A DNA stretch of 59,764 bases from a virus. Taxonomy: Duplodnaviria > Caudoviricetes. Positions 49,574 to 58,526 of the stretch are shown here, in pieces. The position numbers and the translations under genes were made by a program. The stretch is from positions 1 to 59,764 of IMG/VR virus record IMGVR_UViG_3300028008_001583; one strand, given 5' to 3'. Every line of letters begins with the position of its first letter. Positions within the stretch are counted from its first letter, which is position 1. Under the pieces are notes generated by a model. It was not told where the DNA came from and ran no database searches. It was given only the letters and a program-made list of their open reading frames with translations.

Positions 49574-50011
49574 ATGTCTAGATTTGCTCAAGGTAAATTC
49601 AATCTAAAAAATGTAGAGAAATATATAGGTAACAAAACACCTACTTACCGCTCTGGTTGGGAATTTACTTTTATGAAATTCTGTGACGAACATCCTAGTG
49701 TTGCAAAATGGGCAAGTGAAGCAATAAAAATACCATACCGCAATCCGTTAAGTGGTAAACAAACAATCTATGTGCCTGATTTCTTTATAGTTTATAGCGA
49801 CCGTAAAGGCAAGCAAAGAGTTGAACTTATAGAAGTAAAGCCAAAAAATCAAACGGTAAAAGAAAAAGTAGGACGTAGTAAACACAATCAAGCCCATTGG
49901 ATAGTTAATCAAGCCAAATGGGAAGCAGCTAGAGCCTACTGTAAACAAAATGGAATATATTTCCGTATTGTTACTGAAGATGATATTTTTCATACTGGAA
50001 AAAGAAGATAA
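49574..50011 (+). CDS. gp4: Head completion nuclease, T4 gp4-like (start corrected to ATG 49574)
   Basis: YRSGWE..FM.FCD..P....W.SE...IPY...Y.PDF...IEVKP...NQAKWEAA...F.I.TE. Confidence 0.9.
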   Translation: MSRFAQGKFNLKNVEKYIGNKTPTYRSGWEFTFMKFCDEHPSVAKWASEAIKIPYRNPLSGKQTIYVPDFFIVYSDRKGKQRVELIEVKPKNQTVKEKVGRSKHNQAHWIVNQAKWEAARAYCKQNGIYFRIVTEDDIFHTGKRR

Positions 50012-50014
50012 ATA
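50009..50014 (+). promoter_or_regulatory. T4-type late promoter overlapping upstream stop codon
   Basis: gaTAAATAatag. Confidence 0.6.
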
Positions 50015-50040
50015 ATAGTAGCATATAATGGAATGGACCC

Positions 50041-50541
50041 ATGACTAAAAAATTAGAAGACCTATTAAACTTACCTGATTCTAAAGAAATTATAGAACAA
50101 GCAGAAGCACAGGAAGTTGAACAGTCTAAACACGATATAGAACGTGAAGAAACATTTCGTGATATTGCTGAATTTGACAAGATTACTGCTGCGTTACCTA
50201 GTGTTAAAGGGCTAGGCGATGCAGCTGATAAAGAGCTTAACGAAGTAGCTAACAAAGCAATGCAGGCATACGAAGATCTAATGGATCTAGGTATGAATGT
50301 TGAAAGTCGTTATAGTGGAAGAGTGTTTGAAGTTGCTGGCGGAATGTTAAAAACGTCTTTAGATGCAAAAACAGCAAAGTTAGACAAAAAATTAAAAATG
50401 ATTGAGCTACAGCTAAAGAAAGAAAAAATGGACAAAGATGGAAATGCCTCTGTTGGTGATATAGTAAACGGCGAAGGATACGTTGTAACAGATAGAAACA
50501 GTCTATTAGAAAAGCTCAAAGGCATGGATAAAGATAAATAA
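50041..50541 (+). CDS. gp16: Terminase small subunit, gp16-like
   Basis: R.FEVAG.ML.......K.......LQ.K coiled coil; C-terminal DRNSLL..L. Confidence 0.65.
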   Translation: MTKKLEDLLNLPDSKEIIEQAEAQEVEQSKHDIEREETFRDIAEFDKITAALPSVKGLGDAADKELNEVANKAMQAYEDLMDLGMNVESRYSGRVFEVAGGMLKTSLDAKTAKLDKKLKMIELQLKKEKMDKDGNASVGDIVNGEGYVVTDRNSLLEKLKGMDKDK

Positions 50542-50566
50542 TATATAAACTAAGGATCATTGCGCA

Positions 50567-51124
50567 ATGAGATCATTTACAGAAATACTTACAGAGTCTA
50601 AAAAGACTTATGAATTTAAAATAGGCATAGCTGGAGAATGTCCAGAAGACTGCGTAGAAAAAATGGAAACTGCTCTAAAAAAATATGCAGTAGCTAATAT
50701 TACAACCGGTAAGAAGACGCCTATACAAGAACGTCCATTAGACTTTCCACAATTACAAAATATGGAAGTTACTTACTTTGAAGCAGAAGTAACCTATCCA
50801 ACTACTCCGCAAGTGCTGCAAGAATATTTAGGACAATGCTGCGGCATTGATCAAGCATATATTATTGTGCGTAATATGGGTGATCCGAGAGAAGAGTATC
50901 AAGAAACTAAAGATGATGCTCCATACGAATCAATGCTAGACAAAGAAGACATGGGCGGCGAAAGTGCTCAAGATTCAGTAGCAGGTAGTCGTGTAATGGA
51001 CTTATTAAAAGAATTAGAAACTGCTCGTAAAGAACGCGACCACGATGCAGCAGAAGGAGCACCAGTAGGCGAATCAGCTGACATTGGCGATACTGAAAAT
51101 ACTAAAGCGGTCGTGGGAGGTTAA
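50567..51124 (+). CDS. Probable internal head protein
   Basis: N-terminus MRSFTEILTE resembles the T4 capsid-targeting sequence MKTYQEFIAE; TAAATA at 50535. Confidence 0.5.
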   Translation: MRSFTEILTESKKTYEFKIGIAGECPEDCVEKMETALKKYAVANITTGKKTPIQERPLDFPQLQNMEVTYFEAEVTYPTTPQVLQEYLGQCCGIDQAYIIVRNMGDPREEYQETKDDAPYESMLDKEDMGGESAQDSVAGSRVMDLLKELETARKERDHDAAEGAPVGESADIGDTENTKAVVGG

Positions 51125-51128
51125 CACT

Positions 51129-51995
51129 ATGAATATGAAAAATTTAATTCAGCAAATGACTGATATTGAGAATTCAAAAAAAGAACAAATTAACGAAGCA
51201 GCATCAATTACTATTAGTGCAGAAACAGGCGCAGAAATATCAGATATGATTGCTTCTATGCAGGGTAATGCTGGCATGCAGTCTAAGCCAGCTTTGTTGC
51301 CACCAAGTTTAGGCATGCGCAGCGATATGGAAAAGTTTCGTACTGCAATGGACGATGATCCAAAAATTCCTGGTAAAGATGACGTCGATGGCGACAAAGA
51401 TTTACAAGCAGGACTAATTGGTGCACTAGCAGGCGGAGCATTAGGCTCAGCAGCAGGCGCCGCAACAGGCGCAACAGGAGCTATAGCAGCAAAAGGTGCA
51501 GCCGCAGGGGCCAAAGTAGGGTCAGGTATTGCTGGAGCAATGGGCAAAGGTATGTTAGGAAAAGCAGCTGGTGGAGCAATGGGTTCTAAAGTAGGCTCAG
51601 CTGTAGGTAGTGCATTACCAGGAGCAGCAGGCGCAGCTATTGGTGACAAAATGACTGGCGACACAGACGAAAGTTATGCTAACGAGCCTGATGCACAGTA
51701 CGGTGACACGAGCGATGCTATTCCAGATGGCAATGATTTAAATCGCAAGAAGAAAGCATACGCTGCTACACAAGATGGCGATAACCCAATGGCTGTTGAA
51801 AACATCAAAGCAACACTAATGGCAGCACTTGCTGAAAAGAAGATGCCTATGGGCGCAGGACCAGATGGTAAAAAAGGCACTGATGACGATAAGCCTGCTT
51901 TCTTAAATCAAAAGACTGGTGACAAGAAAAGCAAAGGCGGAAGCAAGCCTAAAAAAGGTGTAGTACCTCCACAGTTTAAGAAAAAAGGCAGTTAA
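51129..51995 (+). CDS. Probable internal head protein with glycine-zipper segment (start corrected to ATG 51129)
   Basis: GGAGG SD; long G/A zipper; Lys-rich C-terminus. Confidence 0.5.
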   Translation: MNMKNLIQQMTDIENSKKEQINEAASITISAETGAEISDMIASMQGNAGMQSKPALLPPSLGMRSDMEKFRTAMDDDPKIPGKDDVDGDKDLQAGLIGALAGGALGSAAGAATGATGAIAAKGAAAGAKVGSGIAGAMGKGMLGKAAGGAMGSKVGSAVGSALPGAAGAAIGDKMTGDTDESYANEPDAQYGDTSDAIPDGNDLNRKKKAYAATQDGDNPMAVENIKATLMAALAEKKMPMGAGPDGKKGTDDDKPAFLNQKTGDKKSKGGSKPKKGVVPPQFKKKGS

Positions 51996-52008
51996 TAAGG
52001 AAAGATAA

Positions 52009-52365
52009 ATGGTAGCAGTAACAAGAGTAAACGGATTATTATGTACAGCTGGCACTATACACTCTGAAAGTGTTAAAGCATATTTAATTACAGTACAAGT
52101 TGCTGGTAATACAGATGTTGATTTAAGAGCAGAAGATGATGCAGTTGATGAAGCAGTAGAGCTAATTGTAAAAGAAGTTAATCCTCTGATGTTTTCTGTT
52201 AAAGATGATGCCTCAGGTGAAATTCATATTATTATGGACGTGAACAGTTCAGCGGCAGACATACAACAACGTATTAGGAATCTAGGTACAACAGTAGGAC
52301 CTAATAATGTTGATGTAACAGGCACAGATGTTGTAGAAGCAACTGGCTTAACCATTACTGGTTAA
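52009..52365 (+). CDS. Hypothetical, possibly capsid-associated
   Basis: SD AAGGA; last gene before terminator. Confidence 0.55.
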   Translation: MVAVTRVNGLLCTAGTIHSESVKAYLITVQVAGNTDVDLRAEDDAVDEAVELIVKEVNPLMFSVKDDASGEIHIIMDVNSSAADIQQRIRNLGTTVGPNNVDVTGTDVVEATGLTITG

Positions 52366-52387
52366 TTAAGAATCCCCCAGCAAACTC

Positions 52388-52414
52388 AATAGGCTCTTAG
52401 GAGCCTATTTTTTT
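52388..52414 (+). terminator. Intrinsic terminator
   Basis: AATAGGCTC-ttag-GAGCCTATT followed by T run. Confidence 0.9.
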
Positions 52415-52428
52415 CAATAAATATCAAT

Positions 52429-53604
52429 ATGTCAAACTACTTTTTTAGCGAAAGCGATCTTACTCCGTTATATAATGCAGTTCCATCATTTATAGAAGAG
52501 ACTGTCTCGTTGTGCCATGTATGCTACAATCATTTGCCTGCATTAAAATATGAAAAAGATGGAAAATTATATCTTGTAAAATACTGCAAAGATCACGGTA
52601 TACATCATTATGTTATTGAAAATGATATAGACTTCTATCAAAGTTTAAATTGTGAATACAACAAGCCTTGGGACTTTAACGGCGGTGTTATGATCGAAGG
52701 AAGTGATAGATGCAATTTAGATTGTCCGCATTGCTATCATATTCCAAATAATAAAATACAAGATCCTGCACAAGAACTTTTAATGTCTCAAGTTGCAGAT
52801 ATTGAATCTAAAATGAGATGGCCGGGAGATCCCTTTTGGGTTGTGCTTTTAGCAGGTGCAGAACCTACTCTAAGAAAAGACTTTCCGTACCTATTAGAGA
52901 GAATAAAAACAGACTATAATAATACTATACAATGCTATGTAATGTCAAACGGAATAAAATTTGAAGATGTAAATTTTGTAAAATCGTCAAAATCTGCAGG
53001 ATTAGATAGTGTGTGCTTTGGTTTAAATCATCCTACATATAATAACAATATGATAATTAGAAACAAACAAGAACGTGCAGTTTATAATATTTTAGAAGAA
53101 GACTTAGGACTAAATTATCTTAGTTATACTATGAATAATTTTAACGAATTAAATGATATTATGCAAGAAATTTTATATAAAGGATGGACACCAACACATT
53201 TTAGAATTCGTTACGGAAGTGATATTGGAAGAAATACTGGACAAGAACGATTGTTTTTAAGTGATGTCTTTAAAAGTGTACAAAGATGGTGTCAAGATAA
53301 TAATAAAAGTTTTGAAATTATTGAACCGGCTGATAACAACATATATCACATAATGGTTAAAGTAGAAGACAAATATATAAGATTAATACAGTGGTGTGAC
53401 GAATACGATATTGATATGGAAAGTTTGAAATCAGGACCTTGGAGTGATTTTACGCCAGGCTCTATAACTAATTTTTTAAATCAAATTATTAGAAGAAATG
53501 CGTGGAAAAACAAAGGATTAACTCTTTTAGATAGCCCCCCAGAAAGATATCACATGAGACAAATACCAATAACTGATAAACTAGATTTAAAAAAGCTAAT
53601 ATAA
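52429..53604 (+). CDS. Radical SAM protein with N-terminal Cys/His metal-binding domain
   Basis: CNLDCPHCY (CxxxCxxC), GAEPT, SNG; N-terminal T.SLCHVC...K.C.DHG. Confidence 0.85.
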   Translation: MSNYFFSESDLTPLYNAVPSFIEETVSLCHVCYNHLPALKYEKDGKLYLVKYCKDHGIHHYVIENDIDFYQSLNCEYNKPWDFNGGVMIEGSDRCNLDCPHCYHIPNNKIQDPAQELLMSQVADIESKMRWPGDPFWVVLLAGAEPTLRKDFPYLLERIKTDYNNTIQCYVMSNGIKFEDVNFVKSSKSAGLDSVCFGLNHPTYNNNMIIRNKQERAVYNILEEDLGLNYLSYTMNNFNELNDIMQEILYKGWTPTHFRIRYGSDIGRNTGQERLFLSDVFKSVQRWCQDNNKSFEIIEPADNNIYHIMVKVEDKYIRLIQWCDEYDIDMESLKSGPWSDFTPGSITNFLNQIIRRNAWKNKGLTLLDSPPERYHMRQIPITDKLDLKKLI

Positions 53605-53616
53605 TTTAACTTATTC

Positions 53617-53644
53617 AAATAGAGTCTACAGACTCTATTTCTTT
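53617..53644 (+). terminator. Intrinsic terminator
   Basis: AAATAGAGTC-taca-GACTCTATTT followed by CTTT. Confidence 0.8.
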
Positions 53645-53658
53645 GAATAAATATTACT

Positions 53659-55239
53659 ATGGCAGCATCACTAGACGGCGTCTTAATTAAGAAAGCCAAT
53701 AAACAAGAAACTTATACAAACGAGCAAGTTGAAGAACTGCTGAAGTGCATGGATCCTGACGAAGGGTACTTACACTTTGCAAGAGCATTTGCATTTATTC
53801 AGCATCCCGTAAAAGGTAAGTTGTTGTTTGATCCTTATGAGTACCAATTACGTTTGATGCACAGCTACCATAGCTATCGTTTTAATATTAATATGATGCC
53901 TAGACAAACAGGTAAAACTACGTGTGCTAGTATATACCTTGCTTGGTATGCTATGTTTAATCCAGACCAAACTATTCTTGTTGCTGCACACAAATACACA
54001 GGTGCGCAGGAGATTATGTCACGCATACGTTTTGTGTACGAAACTTGCCCTGATCATATTAGAGCAGGTGTTACAAGTTACAACAAACAATCAATTGAAT
54101 TTGAGAACGGCTCACGCATTGTAGCGCAAACTACAACAGGTAACACAGGACGTGGTATGAGTATCTCGTTACTATATTGTGACGAGTTTGCATTTGTGCA
54201 GCCTAACATTGCGGAAGAGTTTTGGACTTCAATATCACCTACACTAGCAACTGGTGGCCGTGCTATTATTACAAGCACACCAAACTCAGATGAAGATACA
54301 TTTGCTACTATTTGGAAACAAGCAGAACAAAAGTTTGATTCCCACGGCAATGAGCAAGAACTAGGTATAAATGGATTTCATAGTTTTGTTGCTGAATGGC
54401 ACGAACATCCTGATAGAGATGACAAATGGAAAGAAGAAGAAATTGGTCGTATTGGCGAAGAGAAGTTTAGACGTGAATACGGTTGTGAATTCTTAGTATT
54501 TGACGAAACACTGATTAATTCAATTAAACTTGCTGTAATGGAGGGTGCAAACCCTATTTTAAATATGGGTCAAACTCGTTGGTATAAAAAGCCAACTAGT
54601 CAATATACATATGCTATTGCACTAGATCCTAGTATGGGTACAGGCGGAGACTATGCCGCGATTCAAGTTTTTGAATTACCTAGCTACGAACAAGTTGCTG
54701 AATGGCAACATAACCAAACTGCTATTCCAGGACAAATAAGAGTACTTGCAGACATATGTAAATACGTTGAGCAAGAAACAGGAAACACAAATGGCATATA
54801 TTGGAGTGTTGAAAACAACGGCATTGGAGAAGCTGCACTAATTGTAATTAATGACTTTGGAGAAGAAAACATTCCGGGACTGTTTGTAAGCGAACCTATG
54901 CGTAAAGGACATGTAAGAAAGTTCCGCAAAGGATTTAATACTACACACGGTACTAAAATTACAGCATGTAGTAGATTAAAAACAATGGTTGAAAATGACA
55001 AAATGACAATACATAGTAAGCCATTGATATCAGAACTCAAAGGATTTGTTGCCACAGGATCAAGTTTTCAAGCAAAGTCTGGAATGACTGATGATTTAGT
55101 TAGTGCTTCATTACTTGCATTACGAATGATGTCAGTACTCAAAGACTGGGATCCAAGAGTGTATAATACATTTACACAGGCAGAAGACTTAGAAGATTAT
55201 GAAGCACCTATGCCAATTTTTATAAGTACAAACTATTAA
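53659..55239 (+). CDS. gp17: Terminase large subunit
   Basis: PRQTGKT Walker A, LLYCDEFAF Walker B, TSTPN, ALDPSMGTGGDY, VENNG, DDLV. Confidence 0.97.
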   Translation: MAASLDGVLIKKANKQETYTNEQVEELLKCMDPDEGYLHFARAFAFIQHPVKGKLLFDPYEYQLRLMHSYHSYRFNINMMPRQTGKTTCASIYLAWYAMFNPDQTILVAAHKYTGAQEIMSRIRFVYETCPDHIRAGVTSYNKQSIEFENGSRIVAQTTTGNTGRGMSISLLYCDEFAFVQPNIAEEFWTSISPTLATGGRAIITSTPNSDEDTFATIWKQAEQKFDSHGNEQELGINGFHSFVAEWHEHPDRDDKWKEEEIGRIGEEKFRREYGCEFLVFDETLINSIKLAVMEGANPILNMGQTRWYKKPTSQYTYAIALDPSMGTGGDYAAIQVFELPSYEQVAEWQHNQTAIPGQIRVLADICKYVEQETGNTNGIYWSVENNGIGEAALIVINDFGEENIPGLFVSEPMRKGHVRKFRKGFNTTHGTKITACSRLKTMVENDKMTIHSKPLISELKGFVATGSSFQAKSGMTDDLVSASLLALRMMSVLKDWDPRVYNTFTQAEDLEDYEAPMPIFISTNY

Positions 55240-55257
55240 TACGTTGATAAATACAAT

Positions 55258-57891
55258 ATGCAGAAATTTGATAAAATAAGCGAAGATCTTTTCAACAAAT
55301 TACGTGGTAAATTCCAAACCATTACTATCGGCGACAAAGACGGAAATGTAACTAACGACCCAAGTGTTGCAAGATTTTTTGACTTTTCTTATAATACCGG
55401 CAGCAATGACATCGGCAAAGTTAGTGTGAGTATATCCGAAGAAGAAGGACTAACGGTAATTTATTCAAAAGATATAGTTCAATTTGAAGATGATATCTCT
55501 AAAAGAGATTGGTTTGATTTTTTAAAGGAACTTAGAGTTTTTAGTAAAAAAAGATTATTAGATTTTAGTATTAGAGATATTAATAAATCAAATTTAAACA
55601 AAAAAGATTATAAATTTTTAGCAAATCGATCTGGGGACGATACAATGACAGAATCAAAACTTTATGGCACAAGCCGTATTAGCTATCAAAAAGTAGGCGA
55701 AGCACGTATTGTGATTAAACATACAGAAAGTATTAATCAAGAAAGTGCAACAGGACGCACACAAAAGCTTGGCAAAATCTACATAGAAAGTGCAGACGGA
55801 GAAAGATTCCGTTATCCATTCAAACATCTTAGTGGTGCTAGAGCAATGGCTCGTCACGTTAGCGAAGGCGGCAACGCATATGATGATTTTGGTAAGCACA
55901 TTGTAGGCCTATCAGAAGAGATGTCAAAACTACGCAAGTTTAAAAACTACATGGGACGTAGTGCTGTAATGGCAGAAAGCCTAGCAGGATATACAGACAT
56001 TGTTAAAGAGCGTATTGCTACAGTTAAGAAAACAATCGAATCACTGCAAAAACCAGCATACTATGCAGAAACATTTGAAGCATTTGAAACCCCAGTAATG
56101 GAAGATGTTCCTAGTGATGTTGCTGAAAATTGGATTGACCAATTGACTATCAAACAGTTTAACGAAGAACTATCAGATGTATTTCCGTACATTTATAACT
56201 TAGTAAGTGAAGCTACTAAAGCAACAGATTTAGGTCCAGAAGAATTGGTTGACGAAGCAAGCAAAGGCATTGAAGCAATGAAAAAAGCAGGCAATGCAAA
56301 AGCAGATGCAGAGGCAAAGGAACGGGCAAAAAAAGACAAGTCGGTAGAAGAGTCAGGTTTACAATATCACACTGGTGTTAAGAAGCACGGTAAAGAGTAT
56401 ATGAAAAAGGCTGCACAAGCAGGTCGCAATGGCGCAAGTCAAGAAGAACTAGGCGCATTAAAAGACAAATATAGCAAAGCAGAAAAAAATAAAAAAACAA
56501 AAGAAGAAATTGAACTAGAGCAAGGCTTTGAAGAAATGATGGGCCAGTTTGGTGAAGAACGTACAGACGAATTTCTTCCAGCATTAGCTATTCCTGCATT
56601 AATAACTGCGGCAAGAATAGCAGCACCAAAACTTATACAGATAGGCGCAAAGATACTTACTAAAGGAGCGCGAGGCGCAGGTGCAGTTGCTAAAGGCGCA
56701 GGCAAAGTAGCAATTAAAAATCCAGGAACTACAGCAGCAGTAGGCGGTGGCGCATATGTTGGCAAAAAAGCAGGCGATGCTATTGACGCAGTAGGCGACA
56801 TGGCAGGCGACCTTGCAACTTCAGCAGAAGAAATCCTTGCAAAAGCTGAAGGCGGAATTGAAGCTATTCAAGGCGAGATTTCAGCATTTTTAGGCGGCGA
56901 TGCAGTTAAGCAAGTTGCAGCAATGGCAGCAAAATACGCATTACCTGCACTAGCAGTAGTTGCATTATTATATGGTGGCAAAAAAGTAATTGATATGCTC
57001 AGAAGTAAAGACGATGACGAAATGCAAACTGCCTCTATAGAAGAAGTAGCAGGACCAGATAAGTGCTGGCCTGGACATAGAAAAGTCGGTACACAAGCAG
57101 GCACTGGTAAAAACAAAGGCAAACGTGTAAACAAATGTAAGAAGATTGAGTCAGAAGAAGAAGTACAAGAAGCATATATTGACACAAGTAAAGATGCTAT
57201 AGAAGTATTAGGCGCACTACGTGGCAAAGGAAAAGCAATTGAACGTGGACAAGATGACGATCAAGGCAACTTAGCAAATCAGTACGTAAGTGATGTATGG
57301 GATGTGTATTCATTTATTGAAGCAAGAACAAATGGATTTAGCGGACTAGACAAAGGTGCCAAAGCTGCAATTGACGCAATGATGAAACTACGTGGTGAAG
57401 CAAAGAAACTAGAAACTCAGCCAGGATCAGGTAAAAATGCTCGCTTTGGTAATCAAATTGTAACTGCATTGTATCCTGTAATGGAATATCTATATACAAC
57501 AGACTTTGACAGAAACAAAAAAGAAGACGACACTGAAGAAGGCAACGAGTTTGCAAAAAAAGTAAGAGACCTAAAATCTAAAGGTGGCAAAAAAGGCGAT
57601 AAATTTAAAACATCAGATGGTGAAGAACACGTATTAGAAGACGAAAAGACACCACTAGGCGAGTTCATTCTATCATACTACGATAGAGAAACAGGCGCAT
57701 TTCCAAAAGGCGAAACCGCAGTACTTACTATGGTAGAAAAGGACTACGGTGAGCAGTTCATAGAACCTGCTAAGGCGTTTATTGGGCAAGTTCAAGCTTT
57801 ATTCGACGAATACCAAATGCAAACACAACCACAACAGATGGAAGTCGACACACAGTTTGATCGCATGAAAGAACTTGCCGGTCTCCGTTAA
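55258..57891 (+). CDS. Large modular protein, probably internal head/core
   Basis: Late promoter; string of short modules separated by hydrophobic-x-E motifs; C-terminal RMKELAGL. Confidence 0.55.
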   Translation: MQKFDKISEDLFNKLRGKFQTITIGDKDGNVTNDPSVARFFDFSYNTGSNDIGKVSVSISEEEGLTVIYSKDIVQFEDDISKRDWFDFLKELRVFSKKRLLDFSIRDINKSNLNKKDYKFLANRSGDDTMTESKLYGTSRISYQKVGEARIVIKHTESINQESATGRTQKLGKIYIESADGERFRYPFKHLSGARAMARHVSEGGNAYDDFGKHIVGLSEEMSKLRKFKNYMGRSAVMAESLAGYTDIVKERIATVKKTIESLQKPAYYAETFEAFETPVMEDVPSDVAENWIDQLTIKQFNEELSDVFPYIYNLVSEATKATDLGPEELVDEASKGIEAMKKAGNAKADAEAKERAKKDKSVEESGLQYHTGVKKHGKEYMKKAAQAGRNGASQEELGALKDKYSKAEKNKKTKEEIELEQGFEEMMGQFGEERTDEFLPALAIPALITAARIAAPKLIQIGAKILTKGARGAGAVAKGAGKVAIKNPGTTAAVGGGAYVGKKAGDAIDAVGDMAGDLATSAEEILAKAEGGIEAIQGEISAFLGGDAVKQVAAMAAKYALPALAVVALLYGGKKVIDMLRSKDDDEMQTASIEEVAGPDKCWPGHRKVGTQAGTGKNKGKRVNKCKKIESEEEVQEAYIDTSKDAIEVLGALRGKGKAIERGQDDDQGNLANQYVSDVWDVYSFIEARTNGFSGLDKGAKAAIDAMMKLRGEAKKLETQPGSGKNARFGNQIVTALYPVMEYLYTTDFDRNKKEDDTEEGNEFAKKVRDLKSKGGKKGDKFKTSDGEEHVLEDEKTPLGEFILSYYDRETGAFPKGETAVLTMVEKDYGEQFIEPAKAFIGQVQALFDEYQMQTQPQQMEVDTQFDRMKELAGLR

Positions 57892-57909
57892 TTTTTAAGG
57901 ATACAAAAT

Positions 57910-58134
57910 ATGGCTATCACAAATAAAGAAGAATATAAAAATAGATTAAATGAATTTATAAATTTAGGACATTCTCCGTTTGATGAAACTGTAGTACGTC
58001 AACTGTATGCTGAGACTCAAGAAGGTAATTTAAGTGACGGAGAAATACTTGAAGTGTTGAAAGAAATGTTTGATAGTCCGTTCATTACAGAAAGGTTGTT
58101 AGACGAACTAAGACAAAAATATAATTTAAGTTAA
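57910..58134 (+). CDS. Small acidic hypothetical protein
   Basis: SD AAGGA; similar to the next ORF. Confidence 0.6.
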   Translation: MAITNKEEYKNRLNEFINLGHSPFDETVVRQLYAETQEGNLSDGEILEVLKEMFDSPFITERLLDELRQKYNLS

Positions 58135-58156
58135 GAAGTTGTAAGGATCTTTATAT

Positions 58157-58405
58157 ATGAGCATCAAGACACCACTAGATTTTGCAATAAGAGTTACAGA
58201 AGTAATTCCGCATAATGGCATAAATCGAGAACCTACCAAACAAGAGTTAGAAATAATCTTTAATGAGCTTGCAGAAGGCGGCAACGTGTTTACTATAGCT
58301 GAACTAGCAAAAATGACTAGACAAACTTATGAAAATGTATTTTATACAGAAAGATGGTTAAAAGACACACTAGAAAGAAACAACATTACTTACGAAAAAA
58401 ATTAA
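58157..58405 (+). CDS. Small hypothetical protein
   Basis: SD AAGGA; shares E..EG..N...F.TER.L with previous ORF. Confidence 0.6.
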   Translation: MSIKTPLDFAIRVTEVIPHNGINREPTKQELEIIFNELAEGGNVFTIAELAKMTRQTYENVFYTERWLKDTLERNNITYEKN

Positions 58406-58413
58406 AAAAAAAC

Positions 58414-58442
58414 TTGACAAGATAAATATTAGAGTGTAGTAT
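58414..58442 (+). promoter_or_regulatory. Sigma70-type promoter with nested late TAAATA, upstream of gp32
   Basis: TTGACA, 17 bp spacer containing GATAAATA, TAGTAT. Confidence 0.75.
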
Positions 58443-58526
58443 ATATTATGTGCTACACAATTTAGGCACTAAGAGCAGTAATAACACTGTTCTAACATAG
58501 GCATACATTATAGGAGAAAAGGCACT

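Noticed and set aside
53659-55239. Intron or intein in terminase
   Set aside because: Continuous 526-aa ORF with normally spaced motifs
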